From the NCBI GenBank assembly GCA_032718475.1, contig JAUCBJ010005586.1, positions 1 to 49,361 of the forward strand: 49,361 nt of DNA, in the 5' to 3' direction. Both the position numbers and the translations under genes were made by a program. The notes under the pieces are model-generated. The model searched no databases. It was not told the origin of the DNA and saw only the letters and a list, made by a program, of their open reading frames with translations. The stretch comes from Nemertoderma westbladi. Its lineage: Eukaryota; Animalia; Xenacoelomorpha. This document shows, one piece after another, positions 36,101-47,400 of this stretch; the first letter of the stretch is position 1; each line of letters starts with the position of its first letter.

Positions 36101-36471
36101 AATTATTTTTGTCTTAGTCCTACCTCTTTCATGGCGACATAAATGTCATATATTTTCTTATAGAATATAGGCTTAGCTTTTGTGCAGTTTAATACCGGTA
36201 TCATTTAGTGTATGGCGGTTAGGTTTTAGGGTTAGGGTTGCGATACATACTTGTATGTGGAGCATGGTATAATGTATTTTGTTTGTGTTTTTTGTTTGTT
36301 TTGTTTTGTGTTCCTTGATGGCCTTAGGGTCTGGAAGGTATTTTGGGCTTAATGTCCTGATTCTATATTTTTTTGTAGTTAAAGGTTGTAAGACTCTAGT
36401 GTTTACCTTAAAGTTAATATATACATCACAACCACCTGTTAGTCAGTATGTCGGTACATTCAATTATCACA
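33149..36471 (+). repeat. Tandem array of 705-707-bp units, ~4.7 copies, each with a hammerhead-like core
   Basis: Unit starts (GTGCGATTAATTTAGG) at 33149, 33856, 34561, 35266 and 35972, with few differences between copies. Confidence 0.95.
33197..33260 (+). ncRNA. Atypical hammerhead ribozyme-like motif (5 copies; CTGATGA at 33208, 33915, 34620, 35325, 36031)
   Basis: ccag-CTGATGA-ggtgtc...gac(a/g)cc-GAAA-cgc with a long stem II. There is no canonical stem III or cleavage triplet directly downstream. Confidence 0.55.
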
Positions 36472-36785
36472 GTCAGATGTAACAGCTACCTGTAGGTGTC
36501 CGGATATATTGGGGAGTGTGTTTGGGGGTGTTGGTGTGTGTGTAAACCTAAGCATAACCCAGACTGTGATATAAAAAATTATTATTTTAATGTTTTTATT
36601 ATTTATATTGACATTAAAGCAATTATATTATCCCGTCACATTACATGCTTTTTTATTATTTATATTGACATTAAAACAATTATATTATCCCGTCACATCA
36701 CATGCTTTGAGTAAAGTAAAGTAATATAGTTGATATATTCCCAATTTCTCCATCGATTTTGGTGCGAGAACATCAAGTTCGGTAA

Positions 36786-37100
36786 TTAATCCAGCTTCAT
36801 CAACCCGAATACATATATATATTTTTTATATTTTAAATGTCTCTTCATATACTTTTTGAAGTCATCTTGCGAAATGTCACCATAATTCCAGGGTAAATGT
36901 GATGTCATATCTCGTAAATTGTTTACATGGGCTTTATCTAATGCTGATAAGTTAATATCAGGGGGTCCTTTAATTAAAAATGTCTTTACATTAGTTTTAG
37001 TGTAATTAGAATCGAATATAGCAAATTCTTTAAATACTATCGGAAATTCCTTATTGTCTATCTTATAATATTGAAAATCATCAAAAATAACATTATCCAT
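36786..37100 (-). pseudogene. Conserved Polinton-associated protein (truncated)
   Basis: IFDDFQYY..FKEFAIFD..TFLIKGP..HLPWNYGDI..YIYVFG resembles the DxQGF..KExA..HGLxWxxG..YVKG family I recall from Mavericks. Adjacent to protease and capsid relics. Confidence 0.55.
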
Positions 37101-37204
37101 TTTATCGAATAATAATAATAATGTTTTTAAATAAACAAAAGTTAAATGTTTAATTACAACGCTTGTTGGTATATTTTATAATAATTAACAAGCCATTTAT
37201 ATAA

Positions 37205-37603
37205 TATTATTTCATTTATTTCCACATTATTTGTAAACGCTCTCATTGGATACATTGTATGAATTCGATTTACCAAGTAATAAAGATAGTATAGTCCGCA
37301 GGAGGTCCTTCACGGGTCTTGAAATTGGCTACGCATAGAACGCTACCTTGTTGAATTTTTCTCAAGCCATGTTTCGATACATCTGTTTGGATATTTTGGA
37401 TCAAACGAATTAAATAATTCAGATTCATTATCTCGTATATATATAGCCATCCAAGAACACCAGGTAGATGCGCTTTATCTGTATTTACTATTAACCCGTA
37501 GTCTCTCCGATTATTATCTAATTTAGGTTATTTATTAGAAGGAAATGCATCCAAATAGTGCCCACCTACCAGAAACATATCCAGGTCCTCTGTAGATAAC
37601 ATA
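37205..37603 (-). pseudogene. Adenain-like (adenoviral-type) cysteine protease relic
   Basis: Manual translation: YGLIVNTDKAHLPGV/(frameshift)WMAIYIRDNESELFNSFD...QFQDP*RTSCGLYYLYYLVNR. The H, D, Q and C motif regions are recognisable but degraded. Confidence 0.75.
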
Positions 37604-37604
37604 C

Positions 37605-38195
37605 TTAATCGATATGTATTTCTTTCCTGCTATTTAAGCTTAATGATTGATCATAAATATTAAAAACTATTACATTTATGGTCTCAACCAACGGATCGGC
37701 AAATTTTAATTGACCATTAGTATATATCGATGGTTGCGGATCCCTAACATAACCATCAGCAATTAAATCCCAGGATATGAACGGACAATTATCTAAGTAG
37801 GTTTTGTGGTCTATATTATTACCCCTGTAACCGTTAATATATGTGTTAAAGTTCTTCATTAATTGGGTATATTCAAAAATGTATGTTCCATCAGTAAATT
37901 TAGGCTCGTATATTACCCCACCTACTGGAAGACCGTCTACAATCAGTTCCGCGCGTCTGAGATTAAAATGTTCAAATTTCAGTGGATTACTTGTTAATTC
38001 GCCCGAATATGAATTATTTGTAATAAAACCGATAATAACCTATTTTGGCTTTTTACCATCAAATATGTTGGTTTGTGTGTAATTTGTGGTTTGCGCAGGA
38101 ATAGTAAATGTAGTAACCTCTTTTTTTTTAAACTGATATTCAATATCATTGATAGTAACAATGTGTTGGTTGGCAAGCTGTATTTTTCGAGGTGT
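37605..38195 (-). pseudogene. Polinton major capsid protein, C-terminal half, with an internal stop
   Basis: Manual translation: EYQFKKKEVTTFTIPAQTTNYTQTNIFDGKKPK*VIIGFITNNSYSGELTSNPLKFEHFNLRRAELIVDG...NNIDHKTY..ISWDLIAD..LKFADPLVETINVIVFNIYD..LNSRKEIHID. Confidence 0.8.
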
Positions 38196-38390
38196 TTGTT
38201 ATGATACATTTATTATAGGAAGGGATCTAGGGGTCTTAACCTCGAATGATAAGTTTATTTTACCGAAAATAACTTATCTTTTATTGGCGCATTTGTAGGA
38301 CTAATCCCATCACATGCGTACTTTTTAACCGGGTAGTGTACAAATTTAGGAATCGCGTAATTTTTCTTGAAATTAATATCTCATATCTCT

Positions 38391-38442
38391 CCAAACCACG
38401 TACGCGTTTCGACCTTACTGGGTCTCATCAGCGTGGTGTCGG
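38391..38442 (-). ncRNA. Minimal type I hammerhead ribozyme (first of 27 copies, one per unit)
   Basis: Minus strand: ccga-c-ACCACG CUGAUGA GACC-cagtaa-GGUC GAAA C-GC-G UA^CGUGGU-uugg. All core nucleotides present, stems I and II perfect, palindromic ACGCGU stem III. Predicted cleavage between 38401 and 38400. Confidence 0.92.
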
Positions 38443-38498
38443 ATTCGAACCTAGGACCTCGAGGTGGAGGCCGAGACAACAACCACTAGGCCACAGGT
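38432..38498 (-). promoter_or_regulatory. tRNA-derived head with RNA Pol III A and B boxes (one per unit), probably tRNA-Gly(TCC)-like
   Basis: A box TGGCCTAGTGG (38493-38483) and B box GGTTCGAATCC (38451-38441). Anticodon-like arm CTCGG-CTTCCAC-C(T)CGAG in copies 2 onward. Acceptor and T stems are degenerate, so this is not a functional tRNA. Confidence 0.8.
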
Positions 38499-41400
38499 TC
38501 TTGAGATATGGAGTATTAATTTCAAAGCCAGCTGCCATTTTATTAGCCCCTGATTTTATTATTGATAGTAACAATGTGTTGGTTGGCAAGCTGTATTTTT
38601 CGAGGTGTTTGTTATGATACATTTATTATAGGAAGGGATCTAGGGGTCTTAACCTCGAATGATAAGTTTATTTTACCGAAAATAACTTATCTTTTATTGG
38701 CGCATTTGTAGGACTAATCCCATCACATGCGTACTTTTTAACCGGGTAGTGTACAAATTTAGGAATCGCGTAATTTTTCTTGAAATTAATATCTCATATC
38801 TCTCCAAACCACGTACGCGTTTCGACCTTACTGGGTCTCATCAGCGTGGTGTCGGATTCGAACCTAGGACCTCGAGGTGGAAGCCGAGACAACAACCACT
38901 AGGCCACAGGTTCTTGAGATATGGAGTATTAATTTCAAAGCCAGCTGCCATTTTATTAGCCCCTGATTTTATTATTGATAGTAACAATGTGTTGGTTGGC
39001 AAGCTGTATTTTTCGAGGTGTTTGTTATGATACATTTATTATAGGAAGGGATCTAGGGGTCTTAACCTCGAATGATAAGTTTATTTTACCGAAAATAACT
39101 TATCTTTTATTGGCGCATTTGTAGGACTAATCCCATCACATGCGTACTTTTTAACCGGGTAGTGTACAAATTTAGGAATCGCGTAATTTTTCTTGAAATT
39201 AATATCTCATATCTCTCCAAACCACGTACGCGTTTCGACCTTACTGGGTCTCATCAGCGTGGTGTCGGATTCGAACCTAGGACCTCGAGGTGGAAGCCGA
39301 GACAACAACCACTAGGCCACAGGTTCTTGAGATATGGAGTATTAATTTCAAAGCCAGCTGCCATTTTATTAGCCCCTGATTTTTATTATTGATAGTAACA
39401 ATGTGTTGGTTGGCAAGCTGTATTTTTCGAGGTGTTTGTTATGATACATTTATTATAGGAAGGGATCTAGGGGTCTTAACCTCGAATGATAAGTTTATTT
39501 TACCGAAAATAACTTATCTTTTATTGGCGCATTTGTAGGACTAATCCCATCACATGCGTACTTTTTAACCGGGTAGTGTACAAATTTAGGAATCGCGTAA
39601 TTTTTCTTGAAATTAATATCTCATATCTCTCCAAACCACGTACGCGTTTCGACCTTACTGGGTCTCATCAGCGTGGTGTCGGATTCGAACCTAGGACCTC
39701 GAGGTGGAAGCCGAGACAACAACCACTAGGCCACAGGTTCTTGAGATATGGAGTATTAATTTCAAAGCCAGCTGCCATTTTATTAGCCCCTGATTTTTAT
39801 TATTGATAGTAACAATGTGTTGGTTGGCAAGCTGTATTTTTCGAGGTGTTTGTTATGATACATTTATTATAGGAAGGGATCTAGGGGTCTTAACCTCGAA
39901 TGATAAGTTTATTTTACCGAAAATAACTTATCTTTTATTGGCGCATTTGTAGGACTAATCCCATCACATGCGTACTTTTTAACCGGGTAGTGTACAAATT
40001 TAGGAATCGCGTAATTTTTCTTGAAATTAATATCTCATATCTCTCCAAACCACGTACGCGTTTCGACCTTACTGGGTCTCATCAGCGTGGTGTCGGATTC
40101 GAACCTAGGACCTCGAGGTGGAAGCCGAGACAACAACCACTAGGCCACAGGTTCTTGAGATATGGAGTATTAATTTCAAAGCCAGCTGCCATTTTATTAG
40201 CCCCTGATTTTTATTATTGATAGTAACAATGTGTTGGTTGGCAAGCTGTATTTTTCGAGGTGTTTGTTATGATACATTTATTATAGGAAGGGATCTAGGG
40301 GTCTTAACCTCGAATGATAAGTTTATTTTACCGAAAATAACTTATCTTTTATTGGCGCATTTGTAGGACTAATCCCATCACATGCGTACTTTTTAACCGG
40401 GTAGTGTACAAATTTAGGAATCGCGTAATTTTTCTTGAAATTAATATCTCATATCTCTCCAAACCACGTACGCGTTTCGACCTTACTGGGTCTCATCAGC
40501 GTGGTGTCGGATTCGAACCTAGGACCTCGAGGTGGAAGCCGAGACAACAACCACTAGGCCACAGGTTCTTGAGATATGGAGTATTAATTTCAAAGCCAGC
40601 TGCCATTTTATTAGCCCCTGATTTTTATTATTGATAGTAACAATGTGTTGGTTGGCAAGCTGTATTTTTCGAGGTGTTTGTTATGATACATTTATTATAG
40701 GAAGGGATCTAGGGGTCTTAACCTCGAATGATAAGTTTATTTTACCGAAAATAACTTATCTTTTATTGGCGCATTTGTAGGACTAATCCCATCACATGCG
40801 TACTTTTTAACCGGGTAGTGTACAAATTTAGGAATCGCGTAATTTTTCTTGAAATTAATATCTCATATCTCTCCAAACCACGTACGCGTTTCGACCTTAC
40901 TGGGTCTCATCAGCGTGGTGTCGGATTCGAACCTAGGACCTCGAGGTGGAAGCCGAGACAACAACCACTAGGCCACAGGTTCTTGAGATATGGAGTATTA
41001 ATTTCAAAGCCAGCTGCCATTTTATTAGCCCCTGATTTTTATTATTGATAGTAACAATGTGTTGGTTGGCAAGCTGTATTTTTCGAGGTGTTTGTTATGA
41101 TACATTTATTATAGGAAGGGATCTAGGGGTCTTAACCTCGAATGATAAGTTTATTTTACCGAAAATAACTTATCTTTTATTGGCGCATTTGTAGGACTAA
41201 TCCCATCACATGCGTACTTTTTAACCGGGTAGTGTACAAATTTAGGAATCGCGTAATTTTTCTTGAAATTAATATCTCATATCTCTCCAAACCACGTACG
41301 CGTTTCGACCTTACTGGGTCTCATCAGCGTGGTGTCGGATTCGAACCTAGGACCTCGAGGTGGAAGCCGAGACAACAACCACTAGGCCACAGGTTCTTGA

Positions 41401-44400
41401 GATATGGAGTATTAATTTCAAAGCCAGCTGCCATTTTATTAGCCCCTGATTTTTATTATTGATAGTAACAATGTGTTGGTTGGCAAGCTGTATTTTTCGA
41501 GGTGTTTGTTATGATACATTTATTATAGGAAGGGATCTAGGGGTCTTAACCTCGAATGATAAGTTTATTTTACCGAAAATAACTTATCTTTTATTGGCGC
41601 ATTTGTAGGACTAATCCCATCACATGCGTACTTTTTAACCGGGTAGTGTACAAATTTAGGAATCGCGTAATTTTTCTTGAAATTAATATCTCATATCTCT
41701 CCAAACCACGTACGCGTTTCGACCTTACTGGGTCTCATCAGCGTGGTGTCGGATTCGAACCTAGGACCTCGAGGTGGAAGCCGAGACAACAACCACTAGG
41801 CCACAGGTTCTTGAGATATGGAGTATTAATTTCAAAGCCAGCTGCCATTTTATTAGCCCCTGATTTTTATTATTGATAGTAACAATGTGTTGGTTGGCAA
41901 GCTGTATTTTTCGAGGTGTTTGTTATGATACATTTATTATAGGAAGGGATCTAGGGGTCTTAACCTCGAATGATAAGTTTATTTTACCGAAAATAACTTA
42001 TCTTTTATTGGCGCATTTGTAGGACTAATCCCATCACATGCGTACTTTTTAACCGGGTAGTGTACAAATTTAGGAATCGCGTAATTTTTCTTGAAATTAA
42101 TATCTCATATCTCTCCAAACCACGTACGCGTTTCGACCTTACTGGGTCTCATCAGCGTGGTGTCGGATTCGAACCTAGGACCTCGAGGTGGAAGCCGAGA
42201 CAACAACCACTAGGCCACAGGTTCTTGAGATATGGAGTATTAATTTCAAAGCCAGCTGCCATTTTATTAGCCCCTGATTTTTATTATTGATAGTAACAAT
42301 GTGTTGGTTGGCAAGCTGTATTTTTCGAGGTGTTTGTTATGATACATTTATTATAGGAAGGGATCTAGGGGTCTTAACCTCGAATGATAAGTTTATTTTA
42401 CCGAAAATAACTTATCTTTTATTGGCGCATTTGTAGGACTAATCCCATCACATGCGTACTTTTTAACCGGGTAGTGTACAAATTTAGGAATCGCGTAATT
42501 TTTCTTGAAATTAATATCTCATATCTCTCCAAACCACGTACGCGTTTCGACCTTACTGGGTCTCATCAGCGTGGTGTCGGATTCGAACCTAGGACCTCGA
42601 GGTGGAAGCCGAGACAACAACCACTAGGCCACAGGTTCTTGAGATATGGAGTATTAATTTCAAAGCCAGCTGCCATTTTATTAGCCCCTGATTTTTATTA
42701 TTGATAGTAACAATGTGTTGGTTGGCAAGCTGTATTTTTCGAGGTGTTTGTTATGATACATTTATTATAGGAAGGGATCTAGGGGTCTTAACCTCGAATG
42801 ATAAGTTTATTTTACCGAAAATAACTTATCTTTTATTGGCGCATTTGTAGGACTAATCCCATCACATGCGTACTTTTTAACCGGGTAGTGTACAAATTTA
42901 GGAATCGCGTAATTTTTCTTGAAATTAATATCTCATATCTCTCCAAACCACGTACGCGTTTCGACCTTACTGGGTCTCATCAGCGTGGTGTCGGATTCGA
43001 ACCTAGGACCTCGAGGTGGAAGCCGAGACAACAACCACTAGGCCACAGGTTCTTGAGATATGGAGTATTAATTTCAAAGCCAGCTGCCATTTTATTAGCC
43101 CCTGATTTTTATTATTGATAGTAACAATGTGTTGGTTGGCAAGCTGTATTTTTCGAGGTGTTTGTTATGATACATTTATTATAGGAAGGGATCTAGGGGT
43201 CTTAACCTCGAATGATAAGTTTATTTTACCGAAAATAACTTATCTTTTATTGGCGCATTTGTAGGACTAATCCCATCACATGCGTACTTTTTAACCGGGT
43301 AGTGTACAAATTTAGGAATCGCGTAATTTTTCTTGAAATTAATATCTCATATCTCTCCAAACCACGTACGCGTTTCGACCTTACTGGGTCTCATCAGCGT
43401 GGTGTCGGATTCGAACCTAGGACCTCGAGGTGGAAGCCGAGACAACAACCACTAGGCCACAGGTTCTTGAGATATGGAGTATTAATTTCAAAGCCAGCTG
43501 CCATTTTATTAGCCCCTGATTTTTATTATTGATAGTAACAATGTGTTGGTTGGCAAGCTGTATTTTTCGAGGTGTTTGTTATGATACATTTATTATAGGA
43601 AGGGATCTAGGGGTCTTAACCTCGAATGATAAGTTTATTTTACCGAAAATAACTTATCTTTTATTGGCGCATTTGTAGGACTAATCCCATCACATGCGTA
43701 CTTTTTAACCGGGTAGTGTACAAATTTAGGAATCGCGTAATTTTTCTTGAAATTAATATCTCATATCTCTCCAAACCACGTACGCGTTTCGACCTTACTG
43801 GGTCTCATCAGCGTGGTGTCGGATTCGAACCTAGGACCTCGAGGTGGAAGCCGAGACAACAACCACTAGGCCACAGGTTCTTGAGATATGGAGTATTAAT
43901 TTCAAAGCCAGCTGCCATTTTATTAGCCCCTGATTTTTATTATTGATAGTAACAATGTGTTGGTTGGCAAGCTGTATTTTTCGAGGTGTTTGTTATGATA
44001 CATTTATTATAGGAAGGGATCTAGGGGTCTTAACCTCGAATGATAAGTTTATTTTACCGAAAATAACTTATCTTTTATTGGCGCATTTGTAGGACTAATC
44101 CCATCACATGCGTACTTTTTAACCGGGTAGTGTACAAATTTAGGAATCGCGTAATTTTTCTTGAAATTAATATCTCATATCTCTCCAAACCACGTACGCG
44201 TTTCGACCTTACTGGGTCTCATCAGCGTGGTGTCGGATTCGAACCTAGGACCTCGAGGTGGAAGCCGAGACAACAACCACTAGGCCACAGGTTCTTGAGA
44301 TATGGAGTATTAATTTCAAAGCCAGCTGCCATTTTATTAGCCCCTGATTTTTATTATTGATAGTAACAATGTGTTGGTTGGCAAGCTGTATTTTTCGAGG

Positions 44401-47400
44401 TGTTTGTTATGATACATTTATTATAGGAAGGGATCTAGGGGTCTTAACCTCGAATGATAAGTTTATTTTACCGAAAATAACTTATCTTTTATTGGCGCAT
44501 TTGTAGGACTAATCCCATCACATGCGTACTTTTTAACCGGGTAGTGTACAAATTTAGGAATCGCGTAATTTTTCTTGAAATTAATATCTCATATCTCTCC
44601 AAACCACGTACGCGTTTCGACCTTACTGGGTCTCATCAGCGTGGTGTCGGATTCGAACCTAGGACCTCGAGGTGGAAGCCGAGACAACAACCACTAGGCC
44701 ACAGGTTCTTGAGATATGGAGTATTAATTTCAAAGCCAGCTGCCATTTTATTAGCCCCTGGTTTTTATTATTGATAGTAACAATGTGTTGGTTGGCAAGC
44801 TGTATTTTTCGAGGTGTTTGTTATGATACATTTATTATAGGAAGGGATCTAGGGGTCTTAACCTCGAATGATAAGTTTATTTTACCGAAAATAACTTATC
44901 TTTTATTGGCGCATTTGTAGGACTAATCCCATCACATGCGTACTTTTTAACCGGGTAGTGTACAAATTTAGGAATCGCGTAATTTTTCTTGAAATTAATA
45001 TCTCATATCTCTCCAAACCACGTACGCGTTTCGACCTTACTGGGTCTCATCAGCGTGGTGTCGGATTCGAACCTAGGACCTCGAGGTGGAAGCCGAGACA
45101 ACAACCACTAGGCCACAGGTTCTTGAGATATGGAGTATTAATTTCAAAGCCAGCTGCCATTTTATTAGCCCCTGATTTTTATTATTGATAGTAACAATGT
45201 GTTGGTTGGCAAGCTGTATTTTTCGAGGTGTTTGTTATGATACATTTATTATAGGAAGGGATCTAGGGGTCTTAACCTCGAATGATAAGTTTATTTTACC
45301 GAAAATAACTTATCTTTTATTGGCGCATTTGTAGGACTAATCCCATCACATGCGTACTTTTTAACCGGGTAGTGTACAAATTTAGGAATCGCGTAATTTT
45401 TCTTGAAATTAATATCTCATATCTCTCCAAACCACGTACGCGTTTCGACCTTACTGGGTCTCATCAGCGTGGTGTCGGATTCGAACCTAGGACCTCGAGG
45501 TGGAAGCCGAGACAACAACCACTAGGCCACAGGTTCTTGAGATATGGAGTATTAATTTCAAAGCCAGCTGCCATTTTATTAGCCCCTGATTTTTATTATT
45601 GATAGTAACAATGTGTTGGTTGGCAAGCTGTATTTTTCGAGGTGTTTGTTATGATACATTTATTATAGGAAGGGATCTAGGGGTCTTAACCTCGAATGAT
45701 AAGTTTATTTTACCGAAAATAACTTATCTTTTATTGGCGCATTTGTAGGACTAATCCCATCACATGCGTACTTTTTAACCGGGTAGTGTACAAATTTAGG
45801 AATCGCGTAATTTTTCTTGAAATTAATATCTCATATCTCTCCAAACCACGTACGCGTTTCGACCTTACTGGGTCTCATCAGCGTGGTGTCGGATTCGAAC
45901 CTAGGACCTCGAGGTGGAAGCCGAGACAACAACCACTAGGCCACAGGTTCTTGAGATATGGAGTATTAATTTCAAAGCCAGCTGCCATTTTATTAGCCCC
46001 TGATTTTTATTATTGATAGTAACAATGTGTTGGTTGGCAAGCTGTATTTTTCGAGGTGTTTGTTATGATACATTTATTATAGGAAGGGATCTAGGGGTCT
46101 TAACCTCGAATGATAAGTTTATTTTACCGAAAATAACTTATCTTTTATTGGCGCATTTGTAGGACTAATCCCATCACATGCGTACTTTTTAACCGGGTAG
46201 TGTACAAATTTAGGAATCGCGTAATTTTTCTTGAAATTAATATCTCATATCTCTCCAAACCACGTACGCGTTTCGACCTTACTGGGTCTCATCAGCGTGG
46301 TGTCGGATTCGAACCTAGGACCTCGAGGTGGAAGCCGAGACAACAACCACTAGGCCACAGGTTCTTGAGATATGGAGTATTAATTTCAAAGCCAGCTGCC
46401 ATTTTATTAGCCCCTGATTTTTATTATTGATAGTAACAATGTGTTGGTTGGCAAGCTGTATTTTTCGAGGTGTTTGTTATGATACATTTATTATAGGAAG
46501 GGATCTAGGGGTCTTAACCTCGAATGATAAGTTTATTTTACCGAAAATAACTTATCTTTTATTGGCGCATTTGTAGGACTAATCCCATCACATGCGTACT
46601 TTTTAACCGGGTAGTGTACAAATTTAGGAATCGCGTAATTTTTCTTGAAATTAATATCTCATATCTCTCCAAACCACGTACGCGTTTCGACCTTACTGGG
46701 TCTCATCAGCGTGGTGTCGGATTCGAACCTAGGACCTCGAGGTGGAAGCCGAGACAACAACCACTAGGCCACAGGTTCTTGAGATATGGAGTATTAATTT
46801 CAAAGCCAGCTGCCATTTTATTAGCCCCTGATTTTTATTATTGATAGTAACAATGTGTTGGTTGGCAAGCTGTATTTTTCGAGGTGTTTGTTATGATACA
46901 TTTATTATAGGAAGGGATCTAGGGGTCTTAACCTCGAATGATAAGTTTATTTTACCGAAAATAACTTATCTTTTATTGGCGCATTTGTAGGACTAATCCC
47001 ATCACATGCGTACTTTTTAACCGGGTAGTGTACAAATTTAGGAATCGCGTAATTTTTCTTGAAATTAATATCTCATATCTCTCCAAACCACGTACGCGTT
47101 TCGACCTTACTGGGTCTCATCAGCGTGGTGTCGGATTCGAACCTAGGACCTCGAGGTGGAAGCCGAGACAACAACCACTAGGCCACAGGTTCTTGAGATA
47201 TGGAGTATTAATTTCAAAGCCAGCTGCCATTTTATTAGCCCCTGATTTTTATTATTGATAGTAACAATGTGTTGGTTGGCAAGCTGTATTTTTCGAGGTG
47301 TTTGTTATGATACATTTATTATAGGAAGGGATCTAGGGGTCTTAACCTCGAATGATAAGTTTATTTTACCGAAAATAACTTATCTTTTATTGGCGCATTT

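Larger units (their letters stand above)
32525..38195 (-). mobile_element. Decayed Polinton/Maverick (adintovirus-like) remnant
   Basis: AGTAGT starts exactly where repeat copy 2 breaks off (AGTAGT is a typical Polinton terminus). Minus-strand relics of major capsid protein, adenain protease and a further Polinton-type ORF at 36786-38195. Linking the terminus to these genes is inferred. Confidence 0.65.

Noticed and set aside
36593-36708. 57-bp direct duplication
   Set aside because: A simple local tandem duplication in AT-rich sequence, with no further signal.
38432-38498. Functional tRNA gene array
   Set aside because: A and B boxes are good, but the acceptor, D and T stems do not pair properly. 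Better read as a tRNA-derived SINE head.
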